Translations under genes and position numbers: made by a program
Origin: a virus
Taxonomy: Duplodnaviria; Caudoviricetes
IMG/VR virus record: IMGVR_UViG_3300025809_001850
Length of the DNA stretch: 64,000 bases
Reading direction: 5' to 3' (one strand)
Shown: positions 30,900 to 40,160 of the stretch, in pieces
Position numbering within the stretch: the first letter of the stretch is position 1
Layout of the letters: the number at the start of each line of letters is the position of its first letter
Notes under the pieces: model-generated
The model's input: the letters and a program-made list of their open reading frames with translations, nothing else
Told to the model about the DNA's origin: nothing
The model's database searches: none

Positions 30900-31319
30900 G
30901 TGGACAAACGCATAAATGAAGTAACATCCTCGGGCATTTCAACTACAACAGATTCAGAACCCGATTTTGGAAATTGGTTGGCTGCCGGAAAGATAAGAAA
31001 ACTTGGAGTAGAAATGAGTGGAGATGCTGATAAATGGTTTCGTACCGGAGGTTATACACAAACTGAGTTTCCTCAAGCAGATGATATTTGGGGTGGAAAG
31101 TTTGATGAACTAACTGCATTTAATCTTGATCCTGGTATTTATAGGAAGTCTGCCACCGAAAAATTGAAAGTTCCACCTACATGGTCTAACTTTGCAACAC
31201 CTGATGAAGCAGAATCGTTACCAAAACCAAATTCGGTAACAACTGATGATGAACTGGACACAGAAGACGAATTTGATGATATAAATGTAGAGATTCCAAA
31301 ATATCGTGATTTCTTTTGA
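30900..31319 (+). CDS. hypothetical acidic protein
   Basis: 139-aa ORF filling the gap; GTG start uncertain. Confidence 0.5.
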   Translation: MDKRINEVTSSGISTTTDSEPDFGNWLAAGKIRKLGVEMSGDADKWFRTGGYTQTEFPQADDIWGGKFDELTAFNLDPGIYRKSATEKLKVPPTWSNFATPDEAESLPKPNSVTTDDELDTEDEFDDINVEIPKYRDFF

Positions 31320-31354
31320 GTATTATTGAGTTATTATAATACTTATAATTGGTA

Positions 31355-31918
31355 ATGGAAGCACCAATGATAATCGGATTAACGGGTCTTGCTCGTTGTG
31401 GAAAAGATACTTTTTGTAATTATGCAAGAGAATACTTAAAATCAAAGAACTACGAATCACAACGACTTGCGTTTGCGGACGAACTTAAAAAGGATTTAGA
31501 TGCATTTTTGATTGAGAAACTTGGTATTTCAGCATTCACAGAAGTAACATCAGAAAAAGAAATTATACGTCCTATGCTTACAACATGGGGAACGGAGATA
31601 ATGCGTAAACAAGATGATTTGTGTTGGGTAAAAAAAGTGGAAGAAATCATTGTTGAAAATCAAAAAAATAATATAGTAAGTATTGTAACAGATATTCGTT
31701 TTCCAAATGAAATTGAATATATTCACAAAATGGGTGGATGTGTAATTCATTTGACTATGACAGGCAATAAACCTGCTAACGATTATGAAGCAGAAAACGA
31801 TCCATTGTTACGAAAGAATTCCAATTGCCATGTTGAATGGGAACGGTACGGAGATGATGCTCTAGAAAAGTGCATTGCTCATGTTGAAACTGCATTCAAA
31901 GAGTGCATCAACAAGTAA
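31355..31918 (+). CDS. phage deoxynucleoside-monophosphate kinase
   Basis: IIGLTGLARCGKDT, FADELK, RPML..WGTEIMR, VTDIRFPNE; start could be 31355 or 31367. Confidence 0.85.
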   Translation: MEAPMIIGLTGLARCGKDTFCNYAREYLKSKNYESQRLAFADELKKDLDAFLIEKLGISAFTEVTSEKEIIRPMLTTWGTEIMRKQDDLCWVKKVEEIIVENQKNNIVSIVTDIRFPNEIEYIHKMGGCVIHLTMTGNKPANDYEAENDPLLRKNSNCHVEWERYGDDALEKCIAHVETAFKECINK

Positions 31919-31960
31919 CTTTGTTTTTATAATTTCCTCGGAAACTTCTATTTATATAAT

Positions 31961-32725
31961 ATGAAGTATAATCCAAAGAAACGAAAAAGCACCAAAGAAG
32001 CACACGAAAACATGACATTCATGAATAGTCGTGAAGCACGATGGTTGAGAGTTCTTGCGGAATTGATGGAAACAGAAGCCAGAATGAAAAAAACTGGTAT
32101 TAGACACACAATTGTTTTTCAAGGAAGTGCAAGAATCAACGAAGAATCTGAACAATTTAAAAAGAACAAATATGATCGTTATTATACCGAAGCATATCAA
32201 CTCAGCAAGCAATTGACTGAGTGGTCAGAAGAAAACTTCACAGAACGAGAAAACAAATTTTATATCAGCAGTGGTGCTGGACCAGGCATTATGGAAGCAG
32301 CCAATAAAGGCGCACACGATGCAGGAGGAAAATCAGTTGGTCTTGGAATCAATCTTCCGTTTGAACAAACCAACAATGAGTATGTAACTCCTGAGTTGGA
32401 TTTTGTTTATCATTATTTCTTTACACGCAAATATTGGTTTCTTTATCAAGCAAAAGCATTGGTTGTATTTCCAGGTGGTTTCGGAACAATGGACGAACTA
32501 TTTGAAGCATTAACTTTAATTCAATGTCAAAAGATTGAAAAACCTGTTCCAACAATTTTATACGGAAAAGATTTTTGGGAAAATGTGATTGGTTGGGACA
32601 AATTTATTGAAGCAGGAACAATCAGCAAAAAAGACTTGAATTTGTTTAAAATTGTAGATGATGTAGAAACTGCAAAAACTTTTTTGATTGAACAGTTAAC
32701 AAAACACTATAAACTTCATTTTTAG
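31961..32725 (+). CDS. LOG-family nucleotide 5'-monophosphate phosphoribohydrolase (TIGR00730-like)
   Basis: GSAR, SGAGPGIMEAANKGA, INLPFEQ, FFTRK, PGGFGTMDELFE. Confidence 0.9.
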   Translation: MKYNPKKRKSTKEAHENMTFMNSREARWLRVLAELMETEARMKKTGIRHTIVFQGSARINEESEQFKKNKYDRYYTEAYQLSKQLTEWSEENFTERENKFYISSGAGPGIMEAANKGAHDAGGKSVGLGINLPFEQTNNEYVTPELDFVYHYFFTRKYWFLYQAKALVVFPGGFGTMDELFEALTLIQCQKIEKPVPTILYGKDFWENVIGWDKFIEAGTISKKDLNLFKIVDDVETAKTFLIEQLTKHYKLHF

Positions 32726-33397
32726 ATGCGACTTTCATGGACACATAAATTTTTGTATATTTCTATACACAAAACTGCAAGTTCAACGGTAAGAGAACTT
32801 TTAGATCCTTATTCGGATATGACATCATGTGGTGACAAACAAACAATTTGTTATCATCATATTCCTGCAAAGAAAATGAAATATTATTTTGATGAAAGAT
32901 ATATTAAAGCAGATAAACAGAATTGGGACTGGAATAACTTTTTTAAATTTACCACTGTACGAAATCCTTGGGATAGAAAATTATCTACATTTTCATACTT
33001 AAAACGAAAAGCACAGGAATTCAAAAAATTTGATTTGGGGTTTGATCCAACATGGTTTGTTGAAAAAACCTTGCGAATAGATGAAGAATGTGATAACTTT
33101 AAAGATTATCTCAAAAAATATTGTAAACCAAATAAAAAAAGAAATCGACAGGTTGATTGGGTACTTGACAAAAATGGAAATAATATGTTAGACTATGTAG
33201 TTAAAGTGGAAAATTTAAAACATGATTTAAAGTATGCTTTCAAGCAAATCGGTTTACCTGAACCTAATCTCGTTCATGCAAACAAAAGTGAACATCGTCC
33301 TTATACGGAAACATACGATGAACAATGGATGATTGATAAAGTTGCACAAAGATACAAAGATGACATTAAACACTTTGATTATGAATTCGGAAACTAA
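32726..33397 (+). CDS. carbohydrate sulfotransferase (Sulfotransfer_2-like)
   Basis: SIHKTASST, FTTVRNPWDRKLS, DYVVKVENL. Confidence 0.85.
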   Translation: MRLSWTHKFLYISIHKTASSTVRELLDPYSDMTSCGDKQTICYHHIPAKKMKYYFDERYIKADKQNWDWNNFFKFTTVRNPWDRKLSTFSYLKRKAQEFKKFDLGFDPTWFVEKTLRIDEECDNFKDYLKKYCKPNKKRNRQVDWVLDKNGNNMLDYVVKVENLKHDLKYAFKQIGLPEPNLVHANKSEHRPYTETYDEQWMIDKVAQRYKDDIKHFDYEFGN

Positions 33398-33403
33398 CAT
33401 TAT

Positions 33404-34564
33404 ATGAACAAAAAACTATTTACATCAGAAAGTGTGTCGAGTGGACATCCAGATAAAGTATGCGATCAAATTTCAGATGCAGTTCTTGACGCATTTTTGA
33501 CACAAGACCCCAACGCAAGAGTTGCGTGTGAAACATTTGCGACAACCGGATTGGTTGTTGTTGGAGGAGAAATTACCGCAGAGGGTTGGGTAAACTTTCA
33601 AGAAGTAGCACGTGAAGTTTTATCAGACATTGGATACACCAATGAAAAATACGGAATAAGTGCAAGTGGATGCTCTGTATTGTTTACAGTTGATCGTCAA
33701 AGTGCTGATATTGCTATGGGGGTTAATGAAAATGAAGGGGAGCACAAAGAAGCAGGTGCAGGTGATCAAGGACTTATGTTTGGATATGCTTGCAACGAAA
33801 CACCTGAACTTATGCCATTGCCTATTATGTTATCGCATCAAATTATCAAACGGGTAGAATCAGCAAGACACAACAAAGAACTTGAGTATCTTCGTCCTGA
33901 TGCAAAAGCACAAGTTACGGTGGAATACGATGAAAACGATAAACCAATTCGTGTAGATACAATTGTGTTATCAACTCAGCACGATGAGAATATAACGCAA
34001 GAAACAATCAAAGCAGATATAGAAGTTTTAATTCGTGAAGTTGTAAATGAAAAGTATTTAATGAACACCAAATTTCATATCAATCCAACAGGTCAATTCA
34101 TTATCGGTGGACCCCACGGAGATACAGGCCTTACTGGTCGTAAAATCATCGTTGATACTTACGGAGGAATGGCAAGACACGGAGGTGGAGCATTTAGTGG
34201 CAAAGACCCTACCAAAGTAGATAGAAGTGCGGCTTATATGGCACGACACGTTGCTAAAACAATTGTAGCAAGTGGAATAGCAGACAAATGTGAACTTCAA
34301 CTTGCTTATGCAATTGGAGTTGCGAAACCTGTGAGTGTTCGGATTGATACATTCCAAACAAGTAAAGTCGCCGAGACCAACATTGAAAATGCAGTTTTGA
34401 AAAACTTTGATTTAACACCAGAGGGAATCATCAACTACCTTGATCTCAGAAAACCTATTTATCGCAAAACTTCTTATCACGGACACTTTGGTCGTAACGA
34501 TGTTTCGTGGGAAAATATAAACGAAGACAAAAAACAAATTTTTGTGGAATTACAAAACAATTAA
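33404..34564 (+). CDS. metK: S-adenosylmethionine synthetase
   Basis: [64 protein letters not shown]. Confidence 0.97.
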   Translation: MNKKLFTSESVSSGHPDKVCDQISDAVLDAFLTQDPNARVACETFATTGLVVVGGEITAEGWVNFQEVAREVLSDIGYTNEKYGISASGCSVLFTVDRQSADIAMGVNENEGEHKEAGAGDQGLMFGYACNETPELMPLPIMLSHQIIKRVESARHNKELEYLRPDAKAQVTVEYDENDKPIRVDTIVLSTQHDENITQETIKADIEVLIREVVNEKYLMNTKFHINPTGQFIIGGPHGDTGLTGRKIIVDTYGGMARHGGGAFSGKDPTKVDRSAAYMARHVAKTIVASGIADKCELQLAYAIGVAKPVSVRIDTFQTSKVAETNIENAVLKNFDLTPEGIINYLDLRKPIYRKTSYHGHFGRNDVSWENINEDKKQIFVELQNN

Positions 34565-34570
34565 AATATC

Positions 34571-35017
34571 ATGGCAGACGAAAAAGAAAAAGTAGCATTA
34601 TATGATGCAATTGATGCAAGCATATTAAAAACAATTCCAAATCCAAGCAAAGAACCTTACGAAATAAAAGTAAAAGTTCCTGAGTTTACATTTCTTGGTG
34701 TGAACGAACAACCAGATTTTGGTGTGCTTTATATCACAATTTATCCAACCAAGAAAATTATTGAACTTAAAAGTTTAAAGCAATACACTTATCAGTTGCG
34801 TAACATCGTTGTTTCATATGAACGACTTATCAACGTGGTATATGATCAGTTAATGCAAGTGTATGCTCCAGATCGTTTGCGGTTGGTTTTGAAAAGCAAT
34901 CCAAGAGGTGGTATCAGTAGTCGTTTGGTTATTGATAGTGATTGGTCTGCAAGAGGTGGCAAAGAAAAATATCGTGACTGGGGATCAACTGATGATTCTT
35001 GGGAAGTAACGATGTGA
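34571..35017 (+). CDS. QueF-like tunnel-fold protein lacking the catalytic cysteine
   Basis: PEFTFLGVNEQPDF, IIELKSLKQY (QueF motif), YE, PRGGI; no Cys anywhere in the protein. Confidence 0.75.
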   Translation: MADEKEKVALYDAIDASILKTIPNPSKEPYEIKVKVPEFTFLGVNEQPDFGVLYITIYPTKKIIELKSLKQYTYQLRNIVVSYERLINVVYDQLMQVYAPDRLRLVLKSNPRGGISSRLVIDSDWSARGGKEKYRDWGSTDDSWEVTM

Positions 35018-35063
35018 CTATAAAAACTCGTTTCCAATCATATTTATAAATTGGAGATGATGT

Positions 35064-35723
35064 ATGTTACTTTCGCACGACAAAAAGTTTTTATTCGTTG
35101 CAGTTCATAAAACTGGAAGCACTTCTATTAGAAGGTTGCTCAACAAATACACAGATGTAAAAGCATCATCGGATAGTAAATCACCTTACTTTTTTCATGC
35201 GTCTGCGTTATCGTTAAAGCATGAATTCGCAATGAATAAATGGAACTGGTCTTCTTATTTCAAATTTGGATTTGTTAGAAATCCGTGGGAACGATTAGTA
35301 TCAGCATATTTTTATCGTCAGAAAATGGTAAAAAAATGGAAAGAAAACCCACCTACCACCAATTTTTATCATAATGTCAATGAAGCATTTTCTTATGAAC
35401 TTGGAACAACAAAAAACTTCAAAGATTGGATAAAGAAGTTTTTGGTAAACGGAAAACATGAAATTGTAATGCATCAACACAAATATCTTGTTGATGAAAA
35501 TAAAAAATTGTTGATAAACTTTGTTGGAAAACTAGAAAACATAAATCAAGATTTTAATAAAATAATCAACAAACTTGGTGTAGACGTAAAACCTCTTGAA
35601 AACAAAAACAAATCAAATCACAGAAAGTATTCAACTTACTACGATGAATATACTCAAATGTTGGTGCATGATTATTACTCGGTTGATATAAATTTGTTTG
35701 AATATGAATTCAATGAAAAGTAA
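35064..35723 (+). CDS. carbohydrate sulfotransferase (Sulfotransfer_2-like)
   Basis: AVHKTGSTS, FGFVRNPWERLVS, NFVGKLENI. Confidence 0.85.
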   Translation: MLLSHDKKFLFVAVHKTGSTSIRRLLNKYTDVKASSDSKSPYFFHASALSLKHEFAMNKWNWSSYFKFGFVRNPWERLVSAYFYRQKMVKKWKENPPTTNFYHNVNEAFSYELGTTKNFKDWIKKFLVNGKHEIVMHQHKYLVDENKKLLINFVGKLENINQDFNKIINKLGVDVKPLENKNKSNHRKYSTYYDEYTQMLVHDYYSVDINLFEYEFNEK

Positions 35724-36624
35724 ATACTTTATGCTGAAACCTATCAATGGTCTGGCAAACCGTTTGCGAGTTTTATTTTCCTATAAAATAATTGCAGATT
35801 ATTTAAAACTTCCATTTTATGTTTACTGGACGAAGTCAAGTGGATTTGACGAAACGCAGTTAACAGACCTGATTTCAGTTTCGGACTTGGAATTTATAAA
35901 CGAAGATGTATGGAACGAACATCGTCCTGTGTCATTTCACATAGACAAACGAATCTCAGGAACAAGTGAGTTTAAACTTGATTCAACAAAAGAAAAGAAA
36001 AGTGAATCAATGGCAAATTTATTGATGAACAAAACATTTACCAAGATAACCGCAGAAGTTTCAAATTTACCGAACTGGTCTTTTAATGATGCTCTTGTAA
36101 ATAAAATACCAAATCATAAAAAATTATACAAGAAAATGGTTCGTTCATTGTCAGTTTCAAATAAAGTAAAAACTGAATCTCAGCAAACATTGAAGTTATT
36201 TGATAATGATGTGATCGGGGTGCATTTAAGATTTGGTGATGCAATGGATTCCGAAAATCCAAAGCACAAACTGCACACTAAAAATAATTTGGAAAAAATC
36301 ATAGATACTTGTAAAAATCATGTTGGAAAAGTTTTTGTATCAACGGACGATCAAGAAGTGCTAGAACTGTTCAAAAATAAATTACCCAATAAACTTCTAT
36401 TCAGAGAAAAGCAATTCGTGCAAAGTAAATTAAATGCACAAAAGAATGGACAATTTGATGCAATGGTAGATTTGTATTTATTGTCACAAACAAATTATAT
36501 GCTTCCCACAAGTCCGAGTTCATTCGGAAAGTTTGCATCTGATGTCGGTGGGGATTTGTATAAAAAATATAGAAGTAATGAATCAAATATTTTAAAAGAA
36601 TTAGAAACTATAATTACTTGGTAA
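35713..36624 (+). CDS. O-fucosyltransferase-like glycosyltransferase
   Basis: NGLANRL, IGVHLRFGD, VFVSTDD, VDLYLLSQT, SSFG. Confidence 0.7.
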   Translation: MKSKYFMLKPINGLANRLRVLFSYKIIADYLKLPFYVYWTKSSGFDETQLTDLISVSDLEFINEDVWNEHRPVSFHIDKRISGTSEFKLDSTKEKKSESMANLLMNKTFTKITAEVSNLPNWSFNDALVNKIPNHKKLYKKMVRSLSVSNKVKTESQQTLKLFDNDVIGVHLRFGDAMDSENPKHKLHTKNNLEKIIDTCKNHVGKVFVSTDDQEVLELFKNKLPNKLLFREKQFVQSKLNAQKNGQFDAMVDLYLLSQTNYMLPTSPSSFGKFASDVGGDLYKKYRSNESNILKELETIITW

Positions 36625-36641
36625 ATGATATTTATATTAAA

Positions 36642-38336
36642 ATGGATTTAACTAAAGACAGATTTTTAGCAATTGCTCCGGTAAATGGTTTGGGTAATCG
36701 TATGCGGGCAATATGTTCATACAAAGTTCTTGCTGATTATTTGAAAGTTCCGTTGTTAATATATTGGCACAAAACAGAAGGATTTGATGACACACCAATT
36801 GAAAAACTAGTAAAGACCGATAAATTAAATGCGACATTTATAAAAGAGTCTGAATGGCAACGATGCAGAGAAAACTCCAAGCATATTGATAAATTAGTTG
36901 CAGGTGTATATGAAAAAGATATAGCATCGGCCGACACAAGTGTCGAGGATTCAACTGCACACATTGAAAATGTAAACAACATCATGTCAGGATCATTTAA
37001 AAGTTATAGTGTAATGACCAGTAATTCATTTTGTATTCCGTTTTTTGGTAATTCATCAGGATCTGAATATACAAAATACAAATATGATTTTTGGAAAGCA
37101 TATTTAAACGAAATAAAAAGTTTAGAACCGAGTGATGAAGTTTTAGCAGCCTGTGGTCAAACTCTTTCTGAGTTTGATGCCGACACCATCGGAATTCATA
37201 TAAGAAGAGGAGATGCAACATCACGTGATAATCCAAATTGCTATCATTATGGAATACACCCTAAATACATTGATCTTGAGGTAGGAAAGTTGATTAAAAA
37301 AAATTCCAAGCTTAAAGTATTTTTGGCTACAGATTCGGTAGATACACATCAAAAATTAAAAGCAAAATACAAAGATAAAATAATTTCATACGATAAAAGT
37401 TTTGTCGAAAGTAAGTTTAACTCGGAAAAACCCGGACAATTTGATGCAATGGTGGAGGTGTATTTGTTAAGTAAAACAACAAAACTATATACTACCCGGT
37501 GGAGTACCTTTTCAGAATTAGCTCGTGGAATGGGGAAACTACCAAGTGAGGTAATCTCAGTTTCTCCTGGTAGCACAACATCGTTGCGTAATTTACCCAA
37601 GCATACAGGTGTAAGTTTGTTAACTTGTTGTATGAACAGAAATGAAAATTTAAAGAAATCACTTGAAACATGGCTAAAAGTACCTGAAATAGATGAGATT
37701 ATAATAGTTGATTGGGGATCGTCCGTACCTGTTTGGAAACTAATTCCCAAAGAAACAAATGGAAAGAAAATTAAATTAGTTTCTGCACCTGATGAAACAA
37801 AATGGATTCTGAGTCGTGCTTTTAACTTGGGTGCGTCATTTGCCACTCGGCAGAATTTACTTAAATTAGATGCGGATATAATGTTGTCTCCTGATGTTAT
37901 CAAAGACAATAAACTGACTGACCACAATTTTTTTCATGGTACTTGGAAAACTGCCAAAGACTTAAATGAAGAAAGTTTAAACGGGCAATTATATTGTAAA
38001 ACGGCAGACTTCTGGAAAGTAAATGGATACCACGAAGGAATTGTTACATACGGTTGGGATGATGATGATTTGTACGGAAGATTGATTGGTGCTGGATTGA
38101 CCGAGGAGTATATGACATCTGAACATATTTACCACATACCGACTTCACATAAAAAACGAATAGAGTCTCAAGACGAGTTTAAAGGCAAGGATGCTAGTTT
38201 GGAGATTATAAGAGAGTCTATTCAAACAAATCGTAAGTGGTGTCTTGAAAATCCGTGGGGCCCAAGCAAAAGACTAATAAATTACGATGTGCAAAAAATT
38301 GACGAGTATGTTTATGTTTGCTTTCCAAAGAGGTGA
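36642..38336 (+). CDS. two-domain glycosyltransferase: fucosyltransferase-like plus GT2/GT7-C
   Basis: NGLGNRM, GIHIRRGD, VFLATD, VEVYLLSKT; then CCMNRNE, IVDWGS, SRAFNLG, LKLDAD, NGYHE..YGWDDDD. Confidence 0.75.
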   Translation: MDLTKDRFLAIAPVNGLGNRMRAICSYKVLADYLKVPLLIYWHKTEGFDDTPIEKLVKTDKLNATFIKESEWQRCRENSKHIDKLVAGVYEKDIASADTSVEDSTAHIENVNNIMSGSFKSYSVMTSNSFCIPFFGNSSGSEYTKYKYDFWKAYLNEIKSLEPSDEVLAACGQTLSEFDADTIGIHIRRGDATSRDNPNCYHYGIHPKYIDLEVGKLIKKNSKLKVFLATDSVDTHQKLKAKYKDKIISYDKSFVESKFNSEKPGQFDAMVEVYLLSKTTKLYTTRWSTFSELARGMGKLPSEVISVSPGSTTSLRNLPKHTGVSLLTCCMNRNENLKKSLETWLKVPEIDEIIIVDWGSSVPVWKLIPKETNGKKIKLVSAPDETKWILSRAFNLGASFATRQNLLKLDADIMLSPDVIKDNKLTDHNFFHGTWKTAKDLNEESLNGQLYCKTADFWKVNGYHEGIVTYGWDDDDLYGRLIGAGLTEEYMTSEHIYHIPTSHKKRIESQDEFKGKDASLEIIRESIQTNRKWCLENPWGPSKRLINYDVQKIDEYVYVCFPKR

Positions 38337-38342
38337 TGTGAA

Positions 38343-40160
38343 ATGGGATATCCTCTCGTTTCAATAATAACATCGTTGTATGATGGTGATGAATATATCC
38401 ACGACTTTCTACAAAATATAACAAAACAAAGCATTTTCAACAAATGCGAACTCATTATTATTGACGCAAATTCACCCGGTGAAGAACATTCAGTAATTTG
38501 CAGTTTTCAAGAACAATACGATAATATATTTTACGAATGTCTAGACCACGATCCAGGTATTTACGAAACATGGAATCATGCTATAAGAAAATCAAAAGGC
38601 AAATACATTACAAATGCCAATCTTGATGATGGTCGTTTATCAACGCACATTGAAGAATGTGTAAATGCGATGGAAAAAAATTCCACAATTTCAGTTGTTT
38701 CAACTGCGACTTATGTAATAAACGAACACGAAAACTTTTACGAAAAAAATGCAGATTCAATTCAACGATGGTTTATGAAAGGAGTACCTGAGTTTTATTG
38801 TGCGAAAGATATGTTTACAAACAAAAACGGAAAAATTGAATCTCGTAACATACCACACAATAGTCCTGTTTGGAAAAAATCCATCCACGATGAAATTGGT
38901 TATTTTGACGAAGCAAATTTCAAACACGCATCCGATTGGGAATTTTGGTTAAGAGCATCAACCAAAGGATTTTATTTTTATCACATAGCAAAACCACTAT
39001 CGGTATATAGAATTGTGGAAAACTCCCACAACCGACGTTCACGTGAAATTCACACCAACATCGCAGATAAAATTATCGATACGTATTATGATAAATCCCA
39101 GAAGTTGAATGGAATATTTGATTTCAATACTCAGTTTAAAGGAAGTTATGGAAAACATCGTAGTGGGTGGTCATTTGTAATGAATAGTTTGAAACCAAGA
39201 GGGAATAATCCACACGGATTAATATTTTCTTCGTTTATCGAACGAGACTTCGGATGGGCATTCAGTAACGAACTAATGAAGATAATGATGTTTCGTGGTT
39301 GGGTCGGCATTGCCCACGCACCCCATGAATATCCAAAATTTCTTGCAGACATAGTAAATCAATATCCAGACAAATATGTTAAAGATAAAAGATTTAGAAT
39401 GGTGTGGGGCAAATGTAAGGGTTTATTTACATTGACTGAGTATTTGGCAAACGAATGGAGACGGTTGCTTCCAAATGTTCCTGTGTCTGTATTAAAACAT
39501 CCAACTGAATTTACGGATGTTAAGTTTTCGATGGAAAGATTTTTATTGAATCAAGATAGAAAGATTATTCAAATTGGTTATTGGTTGCGTAAAATGACTG
39601 CAATTTTAAGATTAGAACCGAGGTATGATGTTCAAAAGGCAATCATTGAAATCGAAATAGATAAACATATTCCACATATTGCGAAATTATGGAATGCGTG
39701 TGTGAAGAACGAAATGCGAGAATCAAAATTTCAATTAAAGTTTGGACCCAATGACTTTGGTGACAATAAACGGAAATTTGACAATCTGTGTTCCAAATAT
39801 AAAACACAAGTTATACCCCGTCTATCAGATTACGAATATGATGTGCTGTTGTCGGAGAACATAGTGTTTTTTGATTTCTATGATATTTCGGCAAGTAATC
39901 TTGTTGTGGAGTGTATTGTTAGAAACACCCCGATACTGATAAAGAAGCATCCTGCCACAATTGAATATTTGGGTGAAGATTATCCGTTTTTCTTTGAAAC
40001 GATTGAAGATGCAAACTTAAAGGCAACTGATATGGAATTGATAAACAGAACTCACTTATACATGAAAACAGAAATTGATGTTCATAAATTTACCGCAGAA
40101 AGTTTCATCAGTTCTTTTTTTACAAGCAAGGTATACAATCAAATAAGCAACTCAAAATGA
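38343..40160 (+). CDS. GT2 glycosyltransferase fused to a large uncharacterised C-terminal domain
   Basis: VSIITSLY, IIIDANS, GIYETWN, ITNANLDD, SDWEFWLR; C-terminal YGKHRSGW..WVGIAHAP..LSDYEYD..ECIVRNTP. Confidence 0.7.
   Translation: MGYPLVSIITSLYDGDEYIHDFLQNITKQSIFNKCELIIIDANSPGEEHSVICSFQEQYDNIFYECLDHDPGIYETWNHAIRKSKGKYITNANLDDGRLSTHIEECVNAMEKNSTISVVSTATYVINEHENFYEKNADSIQRWFMKGVPEFYCAKDMFTNKNGKIESRNIPHNSPVWKKSIHDEIGYFDEANFKHASDWEFWLRASTKGFYFYHIAKPLSVYRIVENSHNRRSREIHTNIADKIIDTYYDKSQKLNGIFDFNTQFKGSYGKHRSGWSFVMNSLKPRGNNPHGLIFSSFIERDFGWAFSNELMKIMMFRGWVGIAHAPHEYPKFLADIVNQYPDKYVKDKRFRMVWGKCKGLFTLTEYLANEWRRLLPNVPVSVLKHPTEFTDVKFSMERFLLNQDRKIIQIGYWLRKMTAILRLEPRYDVQKAIIEIEIDKHIPHIAKLWNACVKNEMRESKFQLKFGPNDFGDNKRKFDNLCSKYKTQVIPRLSDYEYDVLLSENIVFFDFYDISASNLVVECIVRNTPILIKKHPATIEYLGEDYPFFFETIEDANLKATDMELINRTHLYMKTEIDVHKFTAESFISSFFTSKVYNQISNSK

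Noticed and set aside
34571-35017. Canonical queF / complete queuosine pathway
   Set aside because: Catalytic Cys absent and no folE/queD/queE/queC/tgt in the window
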